Shown: positions 33,501 through 43,385, counted from the first letter of the stretch. The stretch: DNA of 64,000 nt from Candidatus Poribacteria bacterium (GCA_965197475.1 CBDANF010000003.1:3264001-3328000); one strand, 5' to 3'. The notes: generated from the letters alone by a model not told the origin. Translations and numbers: made by a program.

Positions 33501-36500
33501 GTATCGGTCCCCCCATTGCCATCAAAAACAGAGACGGTAACCGAATAGGAGGACTTGGTATCATAGTCAAGGGAGGCACTTGTTTGCAATTGCCCGGAAC
33601 TGCGAACAATACCAAACGAGGACGCATCTGTGCCACCGAGTGTATAGGTGAGCGTATCGTTATCCGCATCTGTGGCAGAGACGGGACTGCCGATGTTTTC
33701 ACCGGAGGCTGTGTTTTCAGCAATGGAACGGGTCGTGCTGCTACCATCGCTGAAGACAGGTGCCTCGTTGACATTTGTGACGTTTATCGTGACGGTAATA
33801 CTATCGCTACCACCATTCCCATCAGAAACAGTGATCGTTACCGAGTAGGATGTCTTCCTTTCATAGTCAAGAGCAGTGCTTGTGCGAAGTTGTCCGTTTG
33901 TGCTATTGATACCAAACGAGGACGCATCTGTGCCACTAAGGGTATAGGTCAAATCATCATTATCAGGGTCGGTTGCGGGGACGGCACTGCCGATGTTTTC
34001 ACCGGAGGCTGTGTTTTCAGCAATGGAACGGGTCGTGCTGCTACCATTGCTGAAGACAGGTGCCTCGTTGACATTTGTGACGTTTATTCTGACGGTAATG
34101 CGATCACTCCCGCCATTCCCATCAAAGACAGAGACGGTTACCGAATAGGATGTCTTGCTTTCATAATTGAGAGCTGCACTTGTGCGGAGTTGCCCGGTTG
34201 TGCTATCAATGCTAAATGAAGCATTATCCGTGCCACCGAGACTATATTCCAAAGTATCGTTATCCGCATCTGTAGCAGAGACGGCATTGCCGATGTTCAC
34301 ACCGGATCCTGTGTTCTCTGCAATGGGGCGTGTCGTGCTTTCACTGGCAAACGTTGGTGCGCGGTTCTCATCTACGTCTATGATAGTGATAGTGACGGCG
34401 ATCGTATCTGTGAGCGTGCCATCAGACACAGTGATTGTTACTGAATAGGATGTCTTGTTTTCATAGTCAAGGGGATCCTTGGTTCGCAACTGCCCGTTTG
34501 TGCTACCGATACTAAACGAACCCGCATCCGTGCCACTGAGGGTATATTCCAAAGTATCGTCATCCGCATCTGTAGCAGAGACAGCATCGCCTATGTCCAC
34601 GCCAGAGCCGGTATTCTCAGCGATGGAGCGGGTCGTGCTTTCACTGGCAAACGCTGGTGCGCGGTTCTCATCTACGTCTGTGACACTGATAGTGACACTA
34701 ATAGTATCGGTAAGCGTGCCATCAGAAACGGTGATTATTACCGAATAAGATGTTTTCCTTTCATAGTCAAGAGCTGCGCTTGTGCGCAACTGCCCGGTTG
34801 TGCTACCGATGCCAAACGATGACGCATCCGTGCCACCGAGGGTATATTCCAGCGTATCGCCATCATCCGGATCGGTTGCGGAGAGCGTGCCACCGATATT
34901 CACGCCTGCTGCCGTGTTCTCTGCGATAGACAAAGTTGTGTCGGTACTGTCCGCAATGACAGGTGCCTCATTCACATTCGTGACGTTTATCGTGACGGTG
35001 ATCGTATCTGTGCTGCTACCATCGGACACGGTGACCGTTACCGTATAGGAAGATTTCGCTTCATAATCAAGTGCAGCACTTGTTAGCAACTGCCCTGAGC
35101 TATCATCAACACTGAACGCAGACGCATCGTCTCCACTGAGAAAATACGCGAGTTTGTTGTTGTCTGCATCTGTGGCAGCGATAACAGCCCCGATGTTTGT
35201 GCCTGATGTGCTGTTTTCTGCAATGGAGCGTGTTGTGCTTTCACCATCTGCAAACTCCGGAGGGGTGTTTGCCGGTATTTCGTCAAGGTCTGTGACGTTG
35301 ATGGTGACCGTGATCGTGTCTGTCAGACTCCCATCCGAGACATTGATTGTTACCGAATAGGAGGTCTGCCTTTCAAAATCAAGATCAGCACTGGTCTTCA
35401 GTTGTCCGGTTGCATTATCAATGCTAAACGCTGCCACATCCGTGCCACCGAGCGTGTAAGTCAACGTATCGTTGTCTGGATCCGTAGCAGACACAGCACT
35501 GCCGATATTGATGCCTGCAGGTACGTTCTCAGCAATAACACGGGGCGTACTACTCCCATCCGAGAAAACAGGTGCCTCATTGACATCACTGACGTTGATT
35601 GTGACGGTGATGCTATCTGTGAGCGTGCCATCAGAGGCGATAACGGTTACCGAGTAAGAAGACTTGCTTTCATAGTCAAGAGCTGCCTTAGTTTGCAACT
35701 GCCCGGTTGTGCTATCAATACTGAACGATGACGCATCTGTGCCGCCGAGGCTATAGGTCAAGGTATCATTATCAGCATCTGTCGCAGTGATCACACTGCC
35801 GATATTGACTCCAGACCCTGTCCTTTCAGCAACGGTGAGGGTTGCGCTATCATCTGCAAACGCGGGCGCGGTGTTTGCGGGTGCCTCGTCCACATCGGTA
35901 ATACTAATCGTGACAGAGATACTATCACTACCGCCCTTGCCATCAGAGACGGTGATTGTCACCGAATAGGATGTCTTAGTTTCATAGTCAAGGGCTGCAC
36001 TTGTGCGCAGCTGCCCGGAGGTGCTATCAATGCTAAATGATGACGCATCCGTGCCACCGAGGCTATATTCCAACGTATCATTATCTGCATCCGTAGCAGA
36101 CACAGCTGTGCTAATATCTACACCAGACCCCGTGTTTTCAGCAATAGAGCGGGTCGCGCTATCGCCATCCGTGAACACGGGTGTGCTGTTCTCATCTATG
36201 TCCGTGACGGTGATGGTGACAGCGATCGTATCTGTGAGGCTACCATCGGACACAGTGATTGTTACCGAATAGGAGGTCTTCTTTTCATAGTCAAGAGCTG
36301 CACTTGTGCGCAACTGTCCGGTTGTGCTATCAATACTGAATGATGACGTATCCGTGCCACTCAGGCTATAGGTGAGCGTGTCGTTATCCGCATCGGTCGC
36401 AGAAATGGCTGAACTGATGTCTACACCCGCACCGGTATTCTCCGCTATAGAACGGGTTGTGCTGGTGCCTTCCGTGAACATAGGCGCATTGTTTGTAGAC

Positions 36501-39478
36501 GTGAGATCAGGTTCTTTCGTGGTAACATCACCGCCCGTTGCGGGTTTCTCTTCTATATCTGTGACGCTGATTGTGACACTAATCGTGTCTGTCATTTTTC
36601 CATCAGAGACGGTGATCGCTACTGAATAGGAGTTCTTCGTTTCATAATCTAAGGCTGCGTTTGTTTTGAGCTGCCCAGACTCTGTATCAATGGCAAATGC
36701 TGATGCGTCTGACCCACCGAGGCTATATGCCAAAGTATCGTTATCTGCATCAGTCGCAGAGATCGGTTCACCGATATTCTCACCCGATGCCGTGTTTTCT
36801 GCTATTGATCGCGTTGCACTTTCACCTTCCGTGAACACAGGCGCACGGTTCTCGTCTATGTCAATAACAGTAATAGTGACGGTGATGCTATCTGTGAGCG
36901 TGCCATCAGAGACGGTTAGCGTCACGGAATAAGAGTTTTTCGTTTCATAATCTAAGGCTGCTTTTGTTTGCAGTTGCCCCGATGTGTTGACAATATCAAA
37001 CGACGCTGCATCTGTCCCACTCAATGTCCAGGTAAGCGTGTCATTATCAGCATCTGTTGCAGCTATTGCATTCCCGATATTTGTGCCTGCTGCTGTATTT
37101 TCTGCTATGCTGCGGGTGGCACTTACTCCCGCTGTGAATACGGGTGCTACGTTTATGTCACTGAGAACTTCCAACGGCTGTTGATTAGATTTAACAAGCG
37201 CGTAGCCGGTATGCGTTGCAGGCAGACTTGGCAAGGTACCGATATCCACCGTGACAAGACCCGTCGTGCCGGCAGTGCGGAATAAGGGGAGAGGTTCGGT
37301 TTCCACACTGCCTCTGGGAACGGTAATGGTAGCACTACCATCAGCAATGCTCCCATTTTCGACGGTGACAGGCAGCACAATATCAAAAGGCGCGCCTGTC
37401 AAGGCAAGAACTTTGATCTGATTTACGCCAACCTTCTGGAGCGATATATTCAGAGGAAATGGGTCAACAGTATTACCACTCAAGTTGAGTTCTTGCAGCG
37501 ATACCAAGTCTCTGAAAATACCATCGGGTAAACTCGTCAGTTGATTATTCGCCAAATTGAGCGTTGTGAGAGACAACATCCCTGCGAAATCATCACTACT
37601 CAGCGCAGTGATCCCCTTGCCACTTAAGTCAAGGTTTGTGATTGTTGCAAGCTGGATGTCGCTTACATTACGGCAATCGGTTACATCCAGCACCGCAGCT
37701 GCGATCGCTTCTGCTACTTCAGGTGTGCGGTTACAGACGGTTGATTTAGAGAACGCGTAGCCGAAATGGTTCGGAGGTAGTCCGGGTAACGCGCCGATAT
37801 TCACGGTTGCCATATCAACGACGGTGAAGGGCGCACTTGTGAAGATGCCTTTCGGAATAGTGACCATCATCGCACCAATCGGTAACATAATATCAAACGG
37901 CGCACCTGTCGGGATGACGGCTTGGAACTGATTTGCATCAACTTGCTGTAGCGATACCATGAGCGGTAACGGATCAATCAAGTTTCTACCTAACCGAAGG
38001 CTTGTCAATGCGGTAAGTCCTGCAAAGATACCATTCGGCAGGCTGCTCAGCATGTTGTTGTATAGATTGAGACTTGTCAGTCCGGTCAATCCAGAAAAAT
38101 CACCTGTTTTCAGGGCTGAAATGCCAGCACCGCGAAGATTGAGGCTCGTAATTGCTGCAAGGTGTGCATCAGTCACAGCATTCGCTGAACTTACGCCCGG
38201 GACCGAAGCAACGATAGCGTCACGCACTTGCGGTGTCCGTTCGCTGACAGGAAGTGACATTGAGACTAAGACGGTATCAGCTGTATCAATAATACTGATG
38301 ATGACTCTTATTGTATCTGTAAGGTTACCATCAGAGACAGTGATTGATACCGAATAGACGCGCTTCGCTTCATAATCCAATGCTGCTTTTGTTGTCAACT
38401 GTCCGGTAGTAGAATCAATGTCAAACGCTGCTGCATCAATGCCACCAAGCGTCCAAGTCAAGGTATCGCTGGTATCCGCATCTGTTGCAGCGACCGCACT
38501 GCCGATGTTGACACCTGCTGCCGTGTTTTCTGCGACTATGCGGGTAGTGATATCGCCATCAGAAAACATCGGCGCAGTATTTGTTGGTGTTGGTGGGTCG
38601 GGGTCGGAAACTACCGGCGGGTCGGGGTCAGGAACTACCGGCGGGTCGGGGTCGGGAACTACCGGCGGGTCGGGGTCGGGAACTACCGGCGGGTCGGGGT
38701 CGGGAACTACCGGCGGGTCGGGGTCGGGAACTACCGGCGGGTCAGGGTCGGGAACTACCGGATGGTCAGGGTCTACCGGGATCGTGGTTACTTCACCGAT
38801 AACCTCAAGCGGAAGTGCGTCAGATTTGGATAGCACATAACCGTAATGGTGCAGCGGTAGACTCGGTAACGTGCCAATATCAACAGTGACAGCAGCGGTC
38901 GTGTCGGCTGTGCGGGATACTGTGAGGGCACTGCTCTCCGTGCTACCCTTAGATATAGTGATGTTGGTTGCCTCGCTCGCAATGCTGCCGTTCATGGCAC
39001 TGAGCGGTAGGACAATATCAAACGGCGCACCGGTCGGCACAACAACCTTGAACTGTCTATTATCAACCTTTTCTATTGATACAGTAATCGGTAACGGGTC
39101 AACAGTGTTGCCACCTAAACGGAGCGTTGTCAATGTAGTTAACCCTGCAAAAATGCCATCAGGCAGACTACTGAGTTCGTTGTTATACAGATTGAGATTG
39201 GTAAGCCCAGTCAAGCCAGAAAAATCGCCTGTTTTCAGTGCTGAAATACTGGCACCGCGTAGATCGAGACTCGTTATTGCTGCGAGATGTGTTTCAGTCA
39301 CATCGGCAGCAGCGTCCACGCCCGGCACAGCAGCTACGATTTCATCGCGCACTTGTGGTGTGCGATCGGTAACAGGCGTGACAGCCGCATAACTCGTGCC
39401 ATATGTGCCGAGAATAATTAAAAGAGATACTAAAATAGATAAGACATACTTTTGATTTAGAAATTGTGTTTTCAACAT
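27530..39478 (-). CDS. Giant secreted cadherin/LRR adhesin with dockerin-like and FlgD-Ig/T9SS-like C-terminal domains (3982 aa)
   Basis: Signal peptide identical to the 12326 gene, more than 15 cadherin-like repeats, 24-aa LPSGVFD-type LRR blocks, DVNEDGSVD/DVNWDNTVD dockerin-like loops, PNPFNPETWIPY tail. Confidence 0.9.
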   Translation of the reverse strand: MLKTQFLNQKYVLSILVSLLIILGTYGTSYAAVTPVTDRTPQVRDEIVAAVPGVDAAADVTETHLAAITSLDLRGASISALKTGDFSGLTGLTNLNLYNNELSSLPDGIFAGLTTLTTLRLGGNTVDPLPITVSIEKVDNRQFKVVVPTGAPFDIVLPLSAMNGSIASEATNITISKGSTESSALTVSRTADTTAAVTVDIGTLPSLPLHHYGYVLSKSDALPLEVIGEVTTIPVDPDHPVVPDPDPPVVPDPDPPVVPDPDPPVVPDPDPPVVPDPDPPVVPDPDPPVVSDPDPPTPTNTAPMFSDGDITTRIVAENTAAGVNIGSAVAATDADTSDTLTWTLGGIDAAAFDIDSTTGQLTTKAALDYEAKRVYSVSITVSDGNLTDTIRVIISIIDTADTVLVSMSLPVSERTPQVRDAIVASVPGVSSANAVTDAHLAAITSLNLRGAGISALKTGDFSGLTGLTSLNLYNNMLSSLPNGIFAGLTALTSLRLGRNLIDPLPLMVSLQQVDANQFQAVIPTGAPFDIMLPIGAMMVTIPKGIFTSAPFTVVDMATVNIGALPGLPPNHFGYAFSKSTVCNRTPEVAEAIAAAVLDVTDCRNVSDIQLATITNLDLSGKGITALSSDDFAGMLSLTTLNLANNQLTSLPDGIFRDLVSLQELNLSGNTVDPFPLNISLQKVGVNQIKVLALTGAPFDIVLPVTVENGSIADGSATITVPRGSVETEPLPLFRTAGTTGLVTVDIGTLPSLPATHTGYALVKSNQQPLEVLSDINVAPVFTAGVSATRSIAENTAAGTNIGNAIAATDADNDTLTWTLSGTDAASFDIVNTSGQLQTKAALDYETKNSYSVTLTVSDGTLTDSITVTITVIDIDENRAPVFTEGESATRSIAENTASGENIGEPISATDADNDTLAYSLGGSDASAFAIDTESGQLKTNAALDYETKNSYSVAITVSDGKMTDTISVTISVTDIEEKPATGGDVTTKEPDLTSTNNAPMFTEGTSTTRSIAENTGAGVDISSAISATDADNDTLTYSLSGTDTSSFSIDSTTGQLRTSAALDYEKKTSYSVTITVSDGSLTDTIAVTITVTDIDENSTPVFTDGDSATRSIAENTGSGVDISTAVSATDADNDTLEYSLGGTDASSFSIDSTSGQLRTSAALDYETKTSYSVTITVSDGKGGSDSISVTISITDVDEAPANTAPAFADDSATLTVAERTGSGVNIGSVITATDADNDTLTYSLGGTDASSFSIDSTTGQLQTKAALDYESKSSYSVTVIASDGTLTDSITVTINVSDVNEAPVFSDGSSTPRVIAENVPAGINIGSAVSATDPDNDTLTYTLGGTDVAAFSIDNATGQLKTSADLDFERQTSYSVTINVSDGSLTDTITVTINVTDLDEIPANTPPEFADGESTTRSIAENSTSGTNIGAVIAATDADNNKLAYFLSGDDASAFSVDDSSGQLLTSAALDYEAKSSYTVTVTVSDGSSTDTITVTINVTNVNEAPVIADSTDTTLSIAENTAAGVNIGGTLSATDPDDGDTLEYTLGGTDASSFGIGSTTGQLRTSAALDYERKTSYSVIITVSDGTLTDTISVTISVTDVDENRAPAFASESTTRSIAENTGSGVDIGDAVSATDADDDTLEYTLSGTDAGSFSIGSTNGQLRTKDPLDYENKTSYSVTITVSDGTLTDTIAVTITIIDVDENRAPTFASESTTRPIAENTGSGVNIGNAVSATDADNDTLEYSLGGTDNASFSIDSTTGQLRTSAALNYESKTSYSVTVSVFDGNGGSDRITVRINVTNVNEAPVFSNGSSTTRSIAENTASGENIGSAVPATDPDNDDLTYTLSGTDASSFGINSTNGQLRTSTALDYERKTSYSVTITVSDGNGGSDSITVTINVTNVNEAPVFSDGSSTTRSIAENTASGENIGSPVSATDADNDTLTYTLGGTDASSFGIVRSSGQLQTSASLDYDTKSSYSVTVSVFDGNGGTDTINVTISVTESRPGDDKQIEPESNSAPVFTDGDSTTRSVAENTSAGENIGTAVAATDENNDTLTYTLGGTDAASFGIVNTTGQLQTSAALDYDTKNTYTVTITVSDGNGGTDTITVRINVTESSDDISPISDRTQQVQDAIIAAVPGVTSADDVTETHLAAITELEINSVGLTGLKDGDFNGLTGLTKLEIENNQSLGSLPSDIFDELTALTELSLLDNGLSSLPSGILDNNTALETLWLNNNGLGSLPSDIFDNNTALKNLNLRQASLTSLPSDVFDGLTELTKLDLDKNSLSSLPSDILDELTSLTELKMWDNSLSSLPSDVFDGLTALTKLDLSSNQLNSLPSDIFDELTALKNLNLWTNQLSSLPSGVFDNNTALEDLNLSSNKLSSLPSGVFDNNTALKILDLQSNKISDMSAVENVTSLTHLHVEVNPISDYGPLRRLKLKKPSIFIDITIPPEEGANNAPVFTDGSSTTRAVQEGTSSGEDIGPAVAATDADEDTLTWTLSGTDAASFGIVSTTGQLQTKDQLDYDTKSTYTVTITVSDGEGGSDTITVRINVTESGDDLGPLSNRTPQVRDAIVAAVSGVTSAADVTAAHLAAITELELNSVGLTRLNAGDFNGLTGLTKLEIEHNQSLGPLPSDIFDELTALTELSLWDNGLSSLPSGVFDELTALDTLWLPGNGLWSLPSGIFDELTALKNLHLHQNRLSSLLSGIFDELTVLEKINFESNWLSSLSSDVFDNNTALKELDLSENKLTSLPSDVFDGLTELTKLDLAINQLSSLPSGIFDELTALKDLNLWRNRLTSLPSGVFDELTALENLNLSSNRLSSLPSGVFDNNTVLKKLNLQNNQIGDMSAVENVTSLTHLHIAGNPIVSQAPILRLLENNPDMYIDYNLNLLSGRTPQVQDAIVAAIPGVNSPNDVTAEHIAAITELEIINAGAVSLKASDFDDLTALTKLEIEKNPLLTSLPSDVFDELTSLTELSLWDNGLNSLPSGIFDELTALEDLSLYENDLTSLPSDVFDGLTALKILDLQNNKIDDMSAVENVTSLTSLHISGNPISDYGPLRRLKQNNPNVNIDITIPPEESANNAPVFTDGESTTRSVAENTDAGENIGDPVSATDSDTSDTLTWTLSGTDAESFDIVDTTGQLQTSAALDYDTKNTYTVTITVSDGNGGTDTITVTINVTEVDDNIAPLSTDNRPGQNKQTDQDVDQVTNNAPVFTEGDSTTRAIDENTAADTNIGSAVTATDADNDPLEYTLGGYNAASFDIDSETGHLKTKAWLDYERKNSYTVTITVSDGSLTDSITVTINVNNVNDAPAFAIVSIVAAGSESPPVTRSVAENTAAGENIGTPVAAVDQENDTLMYTLSGDDASSFSIDSETGQLKTKAALDYETKTSYSVTITVSDGSLTDTIAVTINVTDVDDNRAPVFLLSNIIRSIEIDGDTAAGTNIGDPVSATDADNDTLTYTLGGTDAASFDIDSTTGQLQTTAAFISDTRSDYSVIVTATDGNGGSASVDVTVTATRRAPQVTNNAPVFQYGSSITLSINKGEEVGTSIRATDEDDDILTYSLGGTDASLFSLDEDHEYYLKSNAALDYDGKTSYSVTITVSDGNGGSDTTTVTITDPAPEVEIWTLIYREEPDWVLKLDTETGIVRASFSGLFVTSLFKHNSISFTRPPGVQFDNSFQVSVVFQEEVSGFEQSELTLTDNTAGATISGWRSQETWFGYVVDADIDVTMSGSVTFNVAAGAATDSAGQPNPVAESKTVTVTIELTDYPPWDVNEDGSVDATDSALVTAALGQTGEDIVNSRTDVNWDNTVDADDVTLVTYHIEDEEVAPSIIRAFSLLDKKTLEKLDPATLQGYLDILRTESDGSPRYLRAIAIVESVLAAIRPNKTQLLANYPNPFNPETWIPYHLAKASDVQITIYDARGAVVRQLDLGHQREGYYTHRSRAAHWEGKNDVGERVATGIYFYQLQADNVSFLRKMVILK
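38595..38773 (-). repeat. 24-bp coding tandem repeat (PDPDPPVV), about 7 copies
   Basis: GGGTCGGGGTCGGGAACTACCGGC units on the + strand. Confidence 0.92.
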
Positions 39479-39776
39479 AAACTCCTTTTTTGTTAGTTTC
39501 AGACGGTAGATGCGGTTTGCTAACCGAGATTCTGTCTGAACCAGGATTCACAGGATTATAGGATTTTCAGGATTACAGAAGATTACCCATCTAATGCTAA
39601 CCCTAATAAGAGACAACTTGCAATCAAAGAAACCCAATAATCCTGGAAATCTGGAAATCCTGAAAATCCTGGTTCAGACAAGGCATTACTTCAAAATAAC
39701 CATTTTACGCAGGAAGGACACACTGTCCGCCTGTAGTTGATAGAAATAGACCCCTGCCGCAACCTTCTCACCGAAT
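39320..39776 (+). repeat. Long direct repeat, copy 2 (includes family A element 39533-39680)
   Basis: Matches 16220-16676 at an offset of 23100. Confidence 0.92.
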
Positions 39777-42211
39777 TCGTTTTCACCATCCCAATAGGCA
39801 GCACGTTTTTTGCTCGTGTAGTACCCTGCAACCTGATGTCCTAAACTCAATTCCCGAACCACGACACCACGCGCATTGTAGATCGTCAATGTGACATTAG
39901 CGGGCTTGGATAAGTGATACGGTATCCACGTCTCAGGGTTGAACGGGTTGGGGAAGTTTGGCAAGAGTGCTGTCTCTTTCGGTGTCAACGCCTCAAGGAG
40001 TTGTTGTAAAAAGAGAATACCTTGTAACGACTTCGCATCCGTGAGACCCAACTGCTGTGCTTGGGAGAGCCACTGTTTGACATTTGCTGCCGTTAGTTTA
40101 TCAAGGGATTGGAGATGCAGAGAGGGTGCAGCGGCACTGGTGCCCAATGCGCCAGCAACGAGGACAAGGTCCTGAATATTGACAATCCCGTCGCCGTTGA
40201 CATCAGCACTATTTGCGCCTGATTGTCCTAAACGCCCGGCAACCAACACCAAATCTTGGATGTTAACAGCCCCATCATCGTTTACGTCCTCTGCAAGTTT
40301 GCGTGGCGGTGGTAGTTCCCCTCCAAAAATTAATCCAAAAAACTCATTATAGTTATGTTTAGAAGTATCTACCCATAGAGGCAAATAGCCTAAACGCCTT
40401 TCTAATTGTGCTTCATAAAGTGAATTGGGATGGACATTACTTCCAAAAAATTCTGAATATGTATTACTAAGACCAGATGCACCAACATACCCTATCAGAT
40501 TAGATTGTGTAATAAAATAATATTCAGGATTCGTTGTCCACATATCAAGTAATCTACTTTCTTCTGAAACATTATTCCATCTTGTCCAACCATCTAAATG
40601 ATGAGGTAATCTATTATATCGGCCACTACTACTTTCATGTGTTTGGCTATGATAATTATCAAGTAATGTATTACGTGGTTGGTTTCCATGTGTATCAGGT
40701 CCATCTATCACAGGGCCTCCAATTCCCCAAACAACATTTCCAGATGATTTTCCACTTATATTAATGCCATGTATAGCACCCAAATCCGTATGATCTTCTA
40801 ATAATCCGATTAGGCAATATGTTGCACTAGCTGCAGCAGCAGTATAATGACCGCGCCCACCATCTTGTATTACAGAAAGCACTGAACATGCATATCCGCT
40901 AATCCAAACTCCAATAGTACTATTAGAGAACCTACATCGCTGAACCCATGAATGTGCGACATGTCTCAATGCTATCCAACCACGACCCGGTTGCACATTA
41001 TGTTTATACGGTTCTTGAAGATTCCCATCGAAATGTATATCTTCAAACCCAATATTTGTTTGTAAATTTTTCCAATATACTGAATAATTAGAATTAAGCG
41101 GCGTTGTAGTAGGTGCTTTAATATAAACTCTATTATCTTCTATTCGGTCTATTTCATGAGATTCACGAACATCTATTCCGTTACTACGAATATTTGTAAA
41201 CCTATTGCTCATCTCATTTATTGAACGTGAAGAATGTTCTGCCCAATCATCATCAAACAATCCACTCGCTGTAATTATAATAAACTGCTTGTCCAAAAGT
41301 CGAGATGAATCCGCCACATCAAAGGACTTTGTGCCTCTTGGGAATTCACCTACAATTGGCGTTTTATGATCACTACCATTATGCTGCCATATACCTTCAA
41401 ATAAACAATCAAGATGATCCTCTAAATTTTCGTGCATTTTAATAGTAGTTCCATTCCTAATCGCCCCTTGAGCGCCACTACCCCTGAGAACAATATTTCC
41501 AGAACCACCACGCTTTCCTACATCAATCTTTTCAAGTGGCTCACCCTGAAGAAGAACATCATATTGTCCAGGAGGAAAGAATACAATCCCTCCATCTTCA
41601 GCAGCACTAAGAGCATCTTTAATTGCTTGAGTATCTGACATATTATCATTTGGAATAGCACCGTAAGAAGTCACATCATAGATTGTACCTGTAACATCAG
41701 GAATTGGTTCTTCACCATTCTTATATCCTGCATAAGAGTAATCTATAAGATTAGGCACATTACCAGGGACATCTTCTCCAATAAATTTCCGCCAGATATT
41801 TGGAGTTGATCCTGATGTTCGATCAAATATATCAGTAATAGGACGAATACCAGTCGCCCTCATTATTTTACCGTAATTTTTACCATCAACAGTTACTTTT
41901 ACTTCAACTGTATTTTCTCCTGCTTCAGGCCCAAGAATAAATGTTGATTTAATTCTGCCTGTGTTATCTGTTTTATCATTTGTAATAATAAGATATCCAC
42001 TACCAGAAAGTACTGTAAATTCTACTGGATGATTTGGTATACGGACTCCATCTTTTTCCACTTCAACATGCAAAGGGTTCGGCAGCGGATATCCAGCTGC
42101 ACCTATTTGATTATCGCTTGATATACTATCTATAGTAACTTGTGCTTGTGTTGTTAATAAAATTAAAAAACAGGTAAACATTATGGTTGAAAGTAAAACT
42201 AACCTTTTCAT
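39686..42211 (-). CDS. Secreted beta-helix glycan-active protein (Pectate_lyase_3/DUF4955-like) with Ig-like, dockerin-like and C-terminal sorting domains, paralogue 1
   Basis: LIDYSYAGYKNGE, YDVTSYGAIPND..SDTQAI, GIVFFPPGQY; DVNDDGAVNIQDLVLVA dockerin pair; ATG at 42211 with AAGGAG. Confidence 0.75.
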   Translation of the reverse strand: MKRLVLLSTIMFTCFLILLTTQAQVTIDSISSDNQIGAAGYPLPNPLHVEVEKDGVRIPNHPVEFTVLSGSGYLIITNDKTDNTGRIKSTFILGPEAGENTVEVKVTVDGKNYGKIMRATGIRPITDIFDRTSGSTPNIWRKFIGEDVPGNVPNLIDYSYAGYKNGEEPIPDVTGTIYDVTSYGAIPNDNMSDTQAIKDALSAAEDGGIVFFPPGQYDVLLQGEPLEKIDVGKRGGSGNIVLRGSGAQGAIRNGTTIKMHENLEDHLDCLFEGIWQHNGSDHKTPIVGEFPRGTKSFDVADSSRLLDKQFIIITASGLFDDDWAEHSSRSINEMSNRFTNIRSNGIDVRESHEIDRIEDNRVYIKAPTTTPLNSNYSVYWKNLQTNIGFEDIHFDGNLQEPYKHNVQPGRGWIALRHVAHSWVQRCRFSNSTIGVWISGYACSVLSVIQDGGRGHYTAAAASATYCLIGLLEDHTDLGAIHGINISGKSSGNVVWGIGGPVIDGPDTHGNQPRNTLLDNYHSQTHESSSGRYNRLPHHLDGWTRWNNVSEESRLLDMWTTNPEYYFITQSNLIGYVGASGLSNTYSEFFGSNVHPNSLYEAQLERRLGYLPLWVDTSKHNYNEFFGLIFGGELPPPRKLAEDVNDDGAVNIQDLVLVAGRLGQSGANSADVNGDGIVNIQDLVLVAGALGTSAAAPSLHLQSLDKLTAANVKQWLSQAQQLGLTDAKSLQGILFLQQLLEALTPKETALLPNFPNPFNPETWIPYHLSKPANVTLTIYNARGVVVRELSLGHQVAGYYTSKKRAAYWDGENEFGEKVAAGVYFYQLQADSVSFLRKMVILK

Positions 42212-42251
42212 TGTTTTCTCCTTTAAGGTTCGGATTTCCAAGTATTGGCAA

Positions 42252-43061
42252 TTAGTGCTTTAAGCTGCCCCAAATAGTTGCAAACTTGCCACGCGCTTCA
42301 ACTGGCGTAACATTTAGACCAGATGCCAACCCGGCAATTTCGCCATCCTCAAGTCCTCTATCGTAAAGGTGAACTTCATCAATCAGGCCCTCCCATAACC
42401 TGCTTTCATTATCTTTGGCACCTTTACCGATGAGGAATTTTTCTACATCCGTGATCGCGCCTTCGGTAGCCTCCGTATTATCGGTGGGTTCATCAAGTTC
42501 ACCATCAATATAGAGCGCAAGTAGATTACCACTACTCCAGGTTAACACGAGGTGTTGCCATTCTGTGGTTTGGACCTCACTTACACTTTCATATTGCTGC
42601 TGTCCGCTTGTCGTACTAATGCCTGCTTTGATGACGTTCGTACCGCCTCCAGCCCAACCTTTAGCATCATATCGTAAGGTGAATATGTTGTCGCTACCGT
42701 CAGGGTCTATGCCGTGAATGATTCCTCTGTCGGAGTCTACCGATGTGGATTTTACCCAAACTGAGATCGAAAAAGCGGTGAGTCCATTGATGTAGTTGGC
42801 ACCGTTTGTATCTTCTGCAGTGCTGCCACTGCCATCAAGTGCCAACGCACCCCCAATTTTTCCACCTGTTGCTTCCCAACTGGCACTGCCGGTAAGAGTC
42901 GCGTTGTTAACATTTCCACTGCTATCCGCAGCGGTTTGTCCATTTGCCTCATCAAATGGATAATAGACAATTAAGCCATCTTGTAAACTTGCTGATGCAA
43001 TAGAACAGAAAACTACAACAATGACGAGGGTGAATAGTGAAGTTAAAAGTTTATTACGCAT
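42252..43061 (-). CDS. Secreted LamG-like jelly-roll protein
   Basis: YYPFDEANG..AADSSG, GKIGGALALDG, FSISVWVK, WQHLVLTW, LYIDG, GLIDEVHLYDR; tail VEARGKFATIWGSLK. Confidence 0.88.
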   Translation of the reverse strand: MRNKLLTSLFTLVIVVVFCSIASASLQDGLIVYYPFDEANGQTAADSSGNVNNATLTGSASWEATGGKIGGALALDGSGSTAEDTNGANYINGLTAFSISVWVKSTSVDSDRGIIHGIDPDGSDNIFTLRYDAKGWAGGGTNVIKAGISTTSGQQQYESVSEVQTTEWQHLVLTWSSGNLLALYIDGELDEPTDNTEATEGAITDVEKFLIGKGAKDNESRLWEGLIDEVHLYDRGLEDGEIAGLASGLNVTPVEARGKFATIWGSLKH

Positions 43062-43202
43062 TTTGAATTTCTCTTTATGTTTAAATGACTGTGAACTTTT
43101 TTCGCTCACAGTTCGTAAGTCGGGTAGAAGCACCCGACAATTTAGCTTCTTATCTTTCTTGTGGGAGGGCTTTTCAAGCCCTATGTTACAAGATTTTCCA
43201 TT

Positions 43203-43380
43203 TGTCTGAACCAGGATTCACAAGATTATAGGATTTTCAGGATTATAGGGACATCTGAGATAAATAGCCCTTTTCAACAGATTACGCATCTAACGCTAAT
43301 CCTAATAAGAGCCAGACTCGCAATCAAGGAAACCCAATAATCCTGGAAATCTGTCCATCCTGAAAATCCTGGTTCAGACA
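43203..43380. mobile_element. Family A MITE/REP-like element, longer diverged copy
   Basis: Same TGTCTGAACCAGGATT/AATCCTGGTTCAGACA ends, about 30 bp longer interior. Confidence 0.8.
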
Positions 43381-43385
43381 AGGTG

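Noticed and set aside
12945-39392. Numerous + strand ORFs within the adhesin genes
   Set aside because: Antisense shadows of repetitive coding sequence, with no RBS or domain signal.
16433-43380. Integron attC sites for the intergenic palindromes
   Set aside because: They lack the RYYYAAC/GTTRRRY core arrangement and there is no integron integrase in the window.
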